From: Candidatus Sumerlaeaceae bacterium
Lineage (GTDB): Bacteria; Sumerlaeota; Sumerlaeia; Sumerlaeales; Sumerlaeaceae
Assembly (NCBI GenBank): GCA_049968255.1
Contig: JBMFRB010000006.1
Span: 167,800 to 231,799 of the forward strand
Direction: 5' to 3'
DNA: 64,000 nucleotides
Within the stretch, counting starts at the first letter, position 1. Each line of letters begins with the position of its first letter. Below are positions 17,336-26,314 of this stretch, piece after piece. The position numbers and the translations under genes were made by a program. Under the pieces are notes generated by a model. It worked only from the letters and a program-made list of their open reading frames with translations, was not told where the DNA came from and made no database searches.

Positions 17336-19111
17336 TTAGCGAGCTGGTTCCAACAGGAGGACGGCTTCGCCTGTCATGGCGCCGTTTTCGACAGCAGCGT
17401 AGCCAGCACCCGCTTTGATGGTTTTCAAAGCTTCGATCACCTTGCGAGCTTCCTCGTTGTCACCTGCCATCTTGCCCACTGCGCTTTGCACAGTATCCCA
17501 CACGGCCGGAAAGTTCATGTAGCCATAACTCACGCCTTTGGGCTTTACCGTGTCGAACTGATCAATGACCGAGCTGCTGAGCAGTCCCTTTTCTTTGCCG
17601 GCCTTGACCGCAACCAGGCGCTGGATGCTCTCCTTCGTGGTGGCGATAATCAAATAATCGCCCACCATCGCGTAGCCCGGGGTGATCGTGGGAAGAGGCA
17701 GGATTTCGAGGTACCGAATGCTCAAGTCCCCCTCTTTCACTGTTTTGAACGCAATGGCCGGGGCGGCAGTTTTCGCCTGATCAGCCGGCGGGGTCATGCG
17801 CTTGTTCAAACTGTCGCTGATTTGGCGCTCCGCGACGGTGAGGACCTTTTGCATTTTGTCTTTGTCGCGAACCTCGATGACGAGCGCTGCGTCGGCCGAC
17901 ACTATGTCCGAAATATTGAGTGCGTTCACCAGGAAGCCGACGTTCTTGCCCATTGCCGGCAACAGATCGTCTTTCACCGAGAACCCGAGGATTGGCTCGA
18001 GGTCTTTTAGCTGCTTGTCGAGATCCGCCTCCTTCGTTCCTCCGCCAAGCGACTGCACGGCTTCACGCAGAATATCGTAGACGAAGAATGCATCGAAGGC
18101 ATTCGTGGCCCCAACGAGCATGCACTGCTCGGGAGCGAAATCGAGTACGGCGATTTTGCCGTTGTTCGATGCCCGCTCGAGAAGCTTGCGCAACAAGTTG
18201 TTTTCTGTGCCTTCAGCAAAGGGCGCATATTTGTACGTGTGAATGCTCTTCGGTGTAACTTGGACGACCGAGCCGGACATGGCCACAGGTGTCAGGTCTT
18301 CCATCAGTTTCGCAAGTTTGGAAAGACCATCGGTTTTTTTTGTACTACTGGCTAACGCCGCGCGGGGATTCTGATACATGTAAAGAACGCCTGGGTGAGT
18401 CGCCAGCGCCTTTTCGACTTTGTCGAAGTCGGTTGCGGCGTCTAGGCCCCCACTAGCATCTTTGCCTTTGGCCCGCTCGACCATACCGGCGAACAGTGGC
18501 TTGCTGGTGGCTACTAGCAGATAGTTTTCTATTTCCGCATAGTAGACGTCCATGCCGTTGGCCGCGGTGAAGTGCTTGGCGAGCACTCCGGCAATGGTGT
18601 CGGTGGTAATAAAAGCGCGCTCTTCGGTCGACGTGCTAGACTCGTCCTGTGATTGTGCTTCCTTTGCAGCCTTGATGGCGGCTTTTTCCCAATAGGCAAG
18701 AAAGCGCCGGAACTTGTCTTTTTCACCAAGTTTGGCGACCACTCCACCGCCCGGCTTGTCCTCGTCGGGGTTTTGGGTCATAAAAATGTCGATGCCGTTG
18801 ATCATTGCCGCCATTGATTGGGAGTTGATGGGAAAGCCGAGCTCTTTCTCAATCTGTGGCAGCAAATCTGACACGACAGCGAGTTTGTCTTTGCCGCCGG
18901 CAGCCGCGACGATTTTCTGAACCATAGGAGCAAGAGGATTAGCCTGGCAGGCATCGACCATTGCCTTGGTATCAGGGATGGAAACCACAGACGTTGCTTT
19001 TGCTGGGACAATTTTCGGAGCGACAACTTTTGCGCTGGCCAAGCCAGCCGCCGCCACCAGAGCTAAGGTAAGACCTAAGCACCGGGAAAAACGGTTTACC
19101 CGAGAAATCAT
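17336..19111 (-). CDS. Exported DUF3352-like protein
   Basis: Signal peptide at ATG 19111 and two repeated domains (YLLVATS / YLIIATT; GFSVKDDLLPAMG) typical of DUF3352-like proteins. Confidence 0.6.
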   Translation of the reverse strand: MISRVNRFSRCLGLTLALVAAAGLASAKVVAPKIVPAKATSVVSIPDTKAMVDACQANPLAPMVQKIVAAAGGKDKLAVVSDLLPQIEKELGFPINSQSMAAMINGIDIFMTQNPDEDKPGGGVVAKLGEKDKFRRFLAYWEKAAIKAAKEAQSQDESSTSTEERAFITTDTIAGVLAKHFTAANGMDVYYAEIENYLLVATSKPLFAGMVERAKGKDASGGLDAATDFDKVEKALATHPGVLYMYQNPRAALASSTKKTDGLSKLAKLMEDLTPVAMSGSVVQVTPKSIHTYKYAPFAEGTENNLLRKLLERASNNGKIAVLDFAPEQCMLVGATNAFDAFFVYDILREAVQSLGGGTKEADLDKQLKDLEPILGFSVKDDLLPAMGKNVGFLVNALNISDIVSADAALVIEVRDKDKMQKVLTVAERQISDSLNKRMTPPADQAKTAAPAIAFKTVKEGDLSIRYLEILPLPTITPGYAMVGDYLIIATTKESIQRLVAVKAGKEKGLLSSSVIDQFDTVKPKGVSYGYMNFPAVWDTVQSAVGKMAGDNEEARKVIEALKTIKAGAGYAAVENGAMTGEAVLLLEPAR

Positions 19112-19198
19112 TGTTTTTCTCCTAACGTTGAAGTGATTGTAGTGTACGCGGGTGGTGCGCCTCGTTGCAAGCGTGAACAACCACCTCGCGTTGGCTGC

Positions 19199-20908
19199 TC
19201 AGAAATGAAATTCGTGAGAGAGCCAGCGGCGGATCCCTACGGCCACGGGCAAATACCATGTAAGTCCCTGGAGTGCAAAGCACGCGACCAGAAAGGGAGC
19301 CGAAGCAAGGAGAGCGGCGCGGAGAGCACTCGCGCCACCGATGTGCTGTGCTTCTGCTATGGCCAGGGTCACTGGAATCAACAGGGCCAGGGTCCCACTC
19401 ACATAGAAAAGGCTTGTCACAATGGTTATTGTCCCACCGAAGCCGTTTGCGATGCGCGCGGGATTGTCCTCTTTGAACGAGGGGAAGATCGCCCCGAATC
19501 CCACAGCTAGGCTTGTGAGCCCCACGGAAAGGGCAACAACCGTCACGAGGCCAAGCCACTTCATAAAGGTCATCACTTCGAGCATTTCATTGGAGAGCAT
19601 AATGAGTGGGACGGAGGTAGCGACGCAGCCGGTAAGACAAAGCAAGAATTTCTCCCAAAGGAGGGTCTGCTTAGGAAATGGGGCCAAGCCGATTACCCAG
19701 TACTGTTTTCCCTCCAAGCTGAGCATCGGAAAAACAAAACGCGTGGTAAGAATCGACAGGACAAAAGCGGTGGCGCCGAGATTGAAGAGCGATAGCACGA
19801 CTCTCCAGTGGCGAAAGAAAACCTCAATGCCGCGCATCTGAGCCGAGACGCCGCGGATGTTCGCAAGGTAAAGGACAAGCAACCCAAAAAGAATGACGAG
19901 TTGCGACCACTGGGCTGGATCGCGCCAAAAGGTGCGGACATCCTTGGCGAGTAGAGCCTTGAGGGGTGGCGGCAACACGCTGAGCAACCAATCGAGTAAG
20001 GTGAAGACAGAATAGGAGCGAGCTGCTGCCACTGGGCTGGCTTTTTCACGAGAGAGTGTCCAGCCGCGATAATAGAGCGGCGGGACGAGCCACAAGCAGA
20101 TTTGCACTGCCATCATCGCGGTGGCAAGAAGACAAAAAAACCAGAAAAGCACGTCGGCCAACTGGCCTTGAGAGGCTGCTCGCAGCCCGTTGGCCAACCA
20201 GGTGCTGGGAAGCCACGGAGACGCTCCGGCAGAGAGCAATTCCATGATCTGGGAAAAATCCTGTGTCTGGAGAACCATGGTGCGTAGGCCCATGAAGCGC
20301 ACAATGAACGCCGTGACGCCAAGAGAAGCAGCAAGGATTCCGATCGTGAAGATCCGCGCCTTGCGTGCGGGCAAAAAAGCACTGATCACCATGGTGAGGA
20401 CGGCACCAATCGAAGCTGGTATCACGAGGAAAGGAAAACCGAGGATGAAAGCTGCCGGATAAAACCACACCGGCGCATGCTTCACAAGTCCGTATGAAGC
20501 GAAAAGGGGAAGGCTAAGCACGACAAACGCCCAGGAGCTGAAGAAGATGCTTTCCGTCAGCTTGACAGCAAAAATGGTGCGGTCCTGGACAGGCAGTCCC
20601 CAGAGGAACTCCGTTTCGCGGGAAATATATGTGGTAGTCAACGTGATGATGAGATTCGAAAAAATCAGCATGGAGAAAAAGGTGAGGAGAACGATGCCCA
20701 TGAGGCGTTCCATGAGCGGCGCTCCGAAAGGCTCCTGCGAAACAAGAAAGCGAAAGAGGAAATGAAAAAAGGCACCGCCGATGCCGACGACGAGGAGAAT
20801 TGTGATGATTCCGGCGAGCACGTGGATCCAAACGTAGCGCCGGATGTGACGCGCAAGGTGGCGCGCCATCATCACACGGGTGCGGAGTATTGCCGCGCTA
20901 GCACTCAC
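19199..20908 (-). CDS. Putative ABC-exporter permease (ABC_tran_2-like)
   Basis: About 14 TMs; ETEFLWGLPV, KDVRTFWRDPAQWSQL and RFVFPMLSLEGK..W. GTGA overlap with the upstream gene. Confidence 0.78.
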   Translation of the reverse strand: MSASAAILRTRVMMARHLARHIRRYVWIHVLAGIITILLVVGIGGAFFHFLFRFLVSQEPFGAPLMERLMGIVLLTFFSMLIFSNLIITLTTTYISRETEFLWGLPVQDRTIFAVKLTESIFFSSWAFVVLSLPLFASYGLVKHAPVWFYPAAFILGFPFLVIPASIGAVLTMVISAFLPARKARIFTIGILAASLGVTAFIVRFMGLRTMVLQTQDFSQIMELLSAGASPWLPSTWLANGLRAASQGQLADVLFWFFCLLATAMMAVQICLWLVPPLYYRGWTLSREKASPVAAARSYSVFTLLDWLLSVLPPPLKALLAKDVRTFWRDPAQWSQLVILFGLLVLYLANIRGVSAQMRGIEVFFRHWRVVLSLFNLGATAFVLSILTTRFVFPMLSLEGKQYWVIGLAPFPKQTLLWEKFLLCLTGCVATSVPLIMLSNEMLEVMTFMKWLGLVTVVALSVGLTSLAVGFGAIFPSFKEDNPARIANGFGGTITIVTSLFYVSGTLALLIPVTLAIAEAQHIGGASALRAALLASAPFLVACFALQGLTWYLPVAVGIRRWLSHEFHF

Positions 20909-22335
20909 GGATTCTTTGCCTCGGATTTCTCTACCGGTCCCACGATGAAAATATCATAGGCGGTGTGGTGGGCATGCCGTTTGCCTGCTCGGACTTCGTC
21001 GAGAAGCTGGCGCGCAACGGCAATGAATTCTTCGCGCTGCAGGCCGTGCGGCGAATTGAGGTCCATGAAAACCCAATCGCAAGGGCGCAGCTCACGCGGC
21101 GATAAAAGATGCGTGTCGAGGCGGTGGGGAGTGATCCCCCAGAGACCAAACTGCAGGGCAAGGGGAGCATCCAAGGGCAAGAGTGTGCGCGCGAGCTCGA
21201 AGCGGTAGCGATCGCGCGCCGTCACCTCAAAGGGAAGGCGACGGTAGCCATCGGTGCGGGTCGGAAGCAAATACTCCACTGCGCCGAAAACCAAAAGGAA
21301 AAATGGAAGTGCGACGCGGACGTAGGACCAGTGTCGTCTGCGAGCCAGGAGTTCGACGCGCCGGTAGCCCAAGCAACTCAAGTAAGCGAGAAGCGGGAGG
21401 AAGGGATAGCTATAGTAATAGAGTAGCGCTCGCATGAAGGGGAAGCTGGCGAGGAGCATCGGAAGCGGAATAAGAATCAGCAATGTTCGCCAGCCAGCAA
21501 AAAGAGGGATCCCTGCAAATGAGACGACGAGAAGCAGCAAGATAACAGCAGTATCGAGCCCGAAGCCAAAGTTGCTGAAACGCGAGCCGTAGTCGGTGAG
21601 AGCACCGCGTCCAAATTTGTGCTGGAAGAACCAAATCGTGCCGGCGGCAACAACGGCATAGACGACCGCAATGCCGCTGAGAAGCAACATTCTGCGACGA
21701 AACCTCTTGTCCTTGGCCAATAGCGCCTCGAGAAAAGCCCAGGCCCCGATCCAAACGGTGGCATCCTCTTTCACACTCATGGCAAGAAGCGCCAGCGGAA
21801 ACAGAAGCAGCGAATGGCGCATCGCCATGGCCAAGAGGCTGAAAAGCACAAAGAAAATTTCGAAATGGTTGGCAAGATGTAGCGAGCCTACAAAATGATT
21901 AGCAAAAAAGAGCCAGGCCAAGGCCACGCTGCCCGCGGGAGAGACACGACATCGGCGCGCAAGAAGATGCATAGCGGGCACACATAGAGACAGTGCTACA
22001 ACGTAACTCGTCACAAGGGGGACCGGATAGGCGCTGAGCGGAACAAGTGGAACGAGAAGGATGAGAAAGGGCGTTAAGTGAAAGGCAAAGTGATTCAGGT
22101 GCCCCATGAGCGGCGATACCATAAATCGGCCGTGCAGGGTGTTGAAAAGGCAGTAGTGGATGTTGCCGACATCGGCGAGATACCAACGGCCGGAAAGCCA
22201 TTGGGTGAGCGCAATCCACTCGCTAAACACGAACGTGCCCACAGTGAGAAGGGCGGTGGCTATCCACGCGCGGCGCTCTTCTAGCGCACCGTGCCGGTGT
22301 TCTGTCCCCATCGCTTTTCGTTCACGAGTTCTCAT
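20905..22335 (-). CDS. DUF2079-like membrane protein (putative GT-C glycosyltransferase)
   Basis: ADVGNIH, NHFAFHLTPFL, NHFE and SVKED motifs; multi-TM. Start uncertain (22335 or 22311). Confidence 0.7.
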   Translation of the reverse strand: MRTRERKAMGTEHRHGALEERRAWIATALLTVGTFVFSEWIALTQWLSGRWYLADVGNIHYCLFNTLHGRFMVSPLMGHLNHFAFHLTPFLILLVPLVPLSAYPVPLVTSYVVALSLCVPAMHLLARRCRVSPAGSVALAWLFFANHFVGSLHLANHFEIFFVLFSLLAMAMRHSLLLFPLALLAMSVKEDATVWIGAWAFLEALLAKDKRFRRRMLLLSGIAVVYAVVAAGTIWFFQHKFGRGALTDYGSRFSNFGFGLDTAVILLLLVVSFAGIPLFAGWRTLLILIPLPMLLASFPFMRALLYYYSYPFLPLLAYLSCLGYRRVELLARRRHWSYVRVALPFFLLVFGAVEYLLPTRTDGYRRLPFEVTARDRYRFELARTLLPLDAPLALQFGLWGITPHRLDTHLLSPRELRPCDWVFMDLNSPHGLQREEFIAVARQLLDEVRAGKRHAHHTAYDIFIVGPVEKSEAKNP

Positions 22336-22544
22336 CAAGGGCTAGAGCAACGAGCAGACAAGTTTTCGCCTAGGCTTTCTAGTACGAAAACATTGTCTGC
22401 GTCCGCTAACAAACCGTAGCATTTTGCAGAGTTCTTTTGGGCAAAGATGGTCGGAGAGGTCTAGGCGCCCCAGGTGTCGTGGATCTGCAAGTCCGTGCGC
22501 GATGGTGGCAGCTTCGTGTGGCACTGGCATGACCTTTTGCCACG

Positions 22545-24260
22545 TCATTCGGACTTCTCTGCGGTGTGAGTCCTGACTTTGAATAGAACTGCATGAGGAA
22601 AGCCCAGTTTTATTTCTTCAACATTCTCGCCAAGCGCGTGCTTCAAAACTTCTGCTCGACGGGGCGAAGAGAGCACGGCAGTGGCATGCATACGGCGGAC
22701 GAGTTCTAGTGTGGGTGTGCTTCGGAACTCATCCAGCATTTGACGTTTTTCCTCCGCAAAAGGCGTGTTGAATAGGTGTGAGTTCACGCTGCGATGGTGA
22801 GTGAGAACAGGGATAAGGGGAACAAAAAAGCTGGTGGCAGGGGGCAGGTCATCAACGAGCACTGTTTCGGTGGTTGGCAATTTGTCCAAGGCGTTGAGCA
22901 ACTCGATGTCAGCTTTCGGCGGCGCGAAGAGGATGCTGGTGCGCGGTAGACACGTAACGTTGCGCGTGCACCAGATGAGGTTGTCAGGCAGATGAAGAAA
23001 GAAGAGTGCAACTGCGCACGAAACAATGAGACGCTCGGCGTGAAGGGGCCTCCACATGCGAAGCACGCTTTCCAACCCCTCCGTCGCAAGAAGGGCGAGT
23101 GGAACGTAAAGATATCCGTGCGAGAAATGAAGCGGCTGCATTCCATAGCCGCGCGGCAGGATTTTATCCTGATAATTCAGCAGTGCTGCCACCACGGCCC
23201 ACACAACGGCAAGTCGAAATTCAGAACGCTTCCATTGCTCCGAGAAGCGCGGGGGCAAAAATGCCGCGAGAGCGAGAGGCGCGAGCAGGCCATACGCGGA
23301 CACGATTTGCGAAAGAAGCATGACGGCTGGGAAGTTTTGCATCTGCTGGTAAACGGAGCGGTGTTCTGGATCGCGCGCGAGGAAGACCCCATAGTAAAGC
23401 GCGAAAAGCGCATTGATCGCAACGATGGCGGCAAAGGGGCGTAAGCAGGGACGATTGCCGCGCGCCCACTCCACGACAAGCCAACTTGCCAGAATGAGGG
23501 AGACTTCGAGTCCGGTGTAGGGGTGTGCCCACCATGCGAGAAAAACCGTAACACAGCCGGCTGCGAATGCGCGTTTCATGCAAAAGAGAACTGCGCCAAA
23601 GAACAGAATGTGATAGCAGATTTCGGGCGAATAGAAAAGATTGCGGAAGAGCTGGACTTGCCAGTCGCCGTAGCCACCTTCCGCGGTGGAGAATTCGCTC
23701 GTGAAAAGGAACCAAAGCAAACTGAGCCACGAATCCGGCGGGGTTTTGTTGAGCTGGCCGACGAGCACGTTCACGGTTGTCGAGAACAATGCTGTGGCCC
23801 AAGCAAGTCCGCCTCCGAGAAGCATCAGAGCGAGTAAGGGATTGGCGCCGCGCCGCCAGCCATGGAGGAACCGAAAGATGCGGGCGGCCAATAGCAGCAT
23901 AATCGGACCGAAAAGCACACGCACTCCCCCATCAATGACGGAAAACGATACTCCGGTGAGCCGCCAAATCCAGCCAACGAGTAGGAAGTAAAGGTGGGAA
24001 TAGTGACGTCGGCTATCTGGAAGATTTGAGTAAGGATTTGCTGCGAACAGGCCGTTGCCGGATTCGACATACTCGCGCGCACAGGCATAATACACAGGCT
24101 GATCTACCTGGACAAATCCGAGGTAAACCCGCGAGGGCGGGAGGAACCAAGCGTGAGCAATGATTCGCAACGCAAAAACCAAAGCCGCGGCCACGGCCAG
24201 TAACTCGGGCCAATAACGGGCACAGAATGCGCGAACTCTAGCCGAACTGCTCGTGCTCAT
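22545..24260 (-). CDS. Multi-TM membrane protein, GT-C-like
   Basis: First TM is followed by a loop with an acidic residue (VDQPVYY); AHPY motif; about 12 TMs and a C-terminal soluble domain. Confidence 0.6.
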   Translation of the reverse strand: MSTSSSARVRAFCARYWPELLAVAAALVFALRIIAHAWFLPPSRVYLGFVQVDQPVYYACAREYVESGNGLFAANPYSNLPDSRRHYSHLYFLLVGWIWRLTGVSFSVIDGGVRVLFGPIMLLLAARIFRFLHGWRRGANPLLALMLLGGGLAWATALFSTTVNVLVGQLNKTPPDSWLSLLWFLFTSEFSTAEGGYGDWQVQLFRNLFYSPEICYHILFFGAVLFCMKRAFAAGCVTVFLAWWAHPYTGLEVSLILASWLVVEWARGNRPCLRPFAAIVAINALFALYYGVFLARDPEHRSVYQQMQNFPAVMLLSQIVSAYGLLAPLALAAFLPPRFSEQWKRSEFRLAVVWAVVAALLNYQDKILPRGYGMQPLHFSHGYLYVPLALLATEGLESVLRMWRPLHAERLIVSCAVALFFLHLPDNLIWCTRNVTCLPRTSILFAPPKADIELLNALDKLPTTETVLVDDLPPATSFFVPLIPVLTHHRSVNSHLFNTPFAEEKRQMLDEFRSTPTLELVRRMHATAVLSSPRRAEVLKHALGENVEEIKLGFPHAVLFKVRTHTAEKSE

Positions 24261-24373
24261 CGGGAGACAGTAAGGAGCCAGGCTTGCATGGCTTGTCACG
24301 CGCGGAATTTTTGCCCCAGGGTAGAAACTTTTTTCGCTCGCAGGATGGAGTAGGTTCCAATAGAAGGAGAATT

Positions 24374-24886
24374 ATGCGCATTATGGGGATAGATCCGGGG
24401 CTTGCTCACACTGGCTACGGAGTTATCGAATTTACGGGCAGCGAAAGCCGCATGTTGGTCATGGGCGAGATTGTGACGCGGGCCGATGCGGCTCTTGCGC
24501 TGCGCCTGCAGGAGATTCACGATAGGTTGCATGCGGTGATAGAAGCGTGGCAACCCGAAGCCGTAGCCGTGGAAAGCCTTTTTTTCTGCACGAACGTTCG
24601 CACGGCCATTGCCGTGGCCCAAGCTCGCGGAGTTGCTTTGCTGGCGACGGCTACCGCAAATGTCCCGCTCTTCGAATACACACCGCTCGAGATCAAGCTG
24701 GCTGTGTCAGGCTACGGCAAAGCCACAAAGGAGCAGATGCAGAAAATGGTGCGGGCGATCCTCGGCTTGCGGGAGGAGCCGCGGACGAGTCATGCCGCGG
24801 ACGCGCTAGCGGCGGCGCTGTGTCACGCGCATTCGCAGCGTTTTCAGCAGTTCGTGGAGTGGTCGCAGTCGAGCCGACGGCGCTGA
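24374..24886 (+). CDS. ruvC: Holliday junction resolvase
   Basis: MRIMGIDPG, AVESLFF, QARGV, YGKATKEQ and AADALAAA. GAAGGAG RBS. Confidence 0.97.
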   Translation: MRIMGIDPGLAHTGYGVIEFTGSESRMLVMGEIVTRADAALALRLQEIHDRLHAVIEAWQPEAVAVESLFFCTNVRTAIAVAQARGVALLATATANVPLFEYTPLEIKLAVSGYGKATKEQMQKMVRAILGLREEPRTSHAADALAAALCHAHSQRFQQFVEWSQSSRRR

Positions 24887-24957
24887 CAACTCGGGAATAC
24901 GAAAAAACCAGCACCGTAAGGGTGAAGTCATGTCAGGGCCAAGGAGTTATTCCCGAA

Positions 24958-26100
24958 ATGGCGCAGTTTCTCTACATTCACGTTCCATTTTGCGAAGCTC
25001 GGTGCCCATATTGCGACTTTTTTACGTTGGGAAAAGGAGCCCAAGCGCAGGAGTTGGCGAATGCCTGGCTTGAGCTCGCGGGGCGTGAGCTCGAACTTTG
25101 GATCGAGGCGGGAGACGTAAGTCCGAGCGATCCGGTGGCCACCATTTACTTCGGCGGTGGGACGCCGAGCTTGCTCTCTGGCCAGGCCATGCGACGCTTT
25201 CTCGATCAGGTCGGACGGCATGTGACGTTTGCGCCCGATATAGAGGTGACGGTCGAAATGCAGCCACGCACCGCGGATCTCGAAAAGCTACGTAGCTATG
25301 CTGAAGCTGGCGTGAACCGCTTTTCTATCGGTGCACAGACATTCTCTTCTGAGCTGCTCGCGTTGCTTGAGCGGCGGCATTCCGTCGCCGATACAGTCGA
25401 GCTCATCCGCGATGCGCAGCGCTTCGGGCGCGTTTCCATAGACCTTATCGCGGCTTTGCCCGGCCAGACTCTTGAGCAATGGCAGGAGGATCTGGAAACG
25501 GCGCTGAGTTTTTCACCAGTTCATCTAAGCATTTATGAGCTAACTTATTATCCTGACACGCGCTTGCGAACGTGGCTTGAAGAAGGGCGGGTACACCAGG
25601 CGGATGAAGACCTTCGTTTAGCAATCCTTGATTGGACCATTGAGCACCTCACTTCGGCCGGCTACGAGCACTACGAGATTTCGAATTTTGCTAAGCCTGG
25701 GTTACGCTCGCGGCACAACGAAAACTATTGGCGACTTGGTAACTATGTTGGACTGGGTGCTGGCGCGCACTCTTTCATCTTTCCGCATCGCTACGTCAAT
25801 CCGCCGGACGTCAACGCATACAGCAAAATCGTTCGCGCAGGACAACTTGCTCGACAGCTGGCGGATGCGCGCGACGAGAACATCTTTCTCCTCGAAAACA
25901 TTTTTATGGGGCTGCGCCTTGTCGAGGGAATCGAACTTGCGCAATTCCGCCAACGCTTTGGTGTGGATGTGATTGCCTGCTATTTTGATCGTCTCGCGCC
26001 TCTCGTTGAAGAGGGTTTTCTTGAAATCACGCAGACGCACCTGCGTCTTACGCGCAAAGGCCTGATGCGAGCTGACGCTGTGGTGGGGTATCTCGTGTGA
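24958..26100 (+). CDS. hemW: Radical SAM heme chaperone HemW
   Basis: LYIHVPFCEARCPYCDF, YFGGGTPS, YEISNF and HNENYW (HemW signature). Confidence 0.92.
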   Translation: MAQFLYIHVPFCEARCPYCDFFTLGKGAQAQELANAWLELAGRELELWIEAGDVSPSDPVATIYFGGGTPSLLSGQAMRRFLDQVGRHVTFAPDIEVTVEMQPRTADLEKLRSYAEAGVNRFSIGAQTFSSELLALLERRHSVADTVELIRDAQRFGRVSIDLIAALPGQTLEQWQEDLETALSFSPVHLSIYELTYYPDTRLRTWLEEGRVHQADEDLRLAILDWTIEHLTSAGYEHYEISNFAKPGLRSRHNENYWRLGNYVGLGAGAHSFIFPHRYVNPPDVNAYSKIVRAGQLARQLADARDENIFLLENIFMGLRLVEGIELAQFRQRFGVDVIACYFDRLAPLVEEGFLEITQTHLRLTRKGLMRADAVVGYLV

Positions 26101-26314
26101 GGCCAGTGAGTGCCCCCGCACTTGTTCGTGGTGATTGGTAAGGCGCCACATGCGCGGCCCGCGCTTCTTCAAACTGATTCCTCTGGGTTGGAGACGTAGA
26201 GGCTGAGAATTTGCGCGAGAACAAAGATGACTTGCGGCGCAGCGCTTGGGCAACGCGTATCTCCCCTGCTGTGCTTGAGCATGAAACCTGCGCGGGCGCG
26301 CGGTGAGTGCAACA

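Noticed and set aside
16985-18010. 341-aa plus-strand ORF
   Set aside because: Antisense to hemC and the DUF3352-like gene; no recognisable domain.
22525-22540. TGGCATGACCTTTTGC as a sigma54 promoter (also TGGCACG at 29261)
   Set aside because: GG-to-GC spacing is 11 rather than 10 here; the 29261 site has no correctly placed -12 GC.
24547-24957. Long N-terminal extension of hemW
   Set aside because: Overlaps ruvC in another frame; HemW homology starts at ATG 24958.
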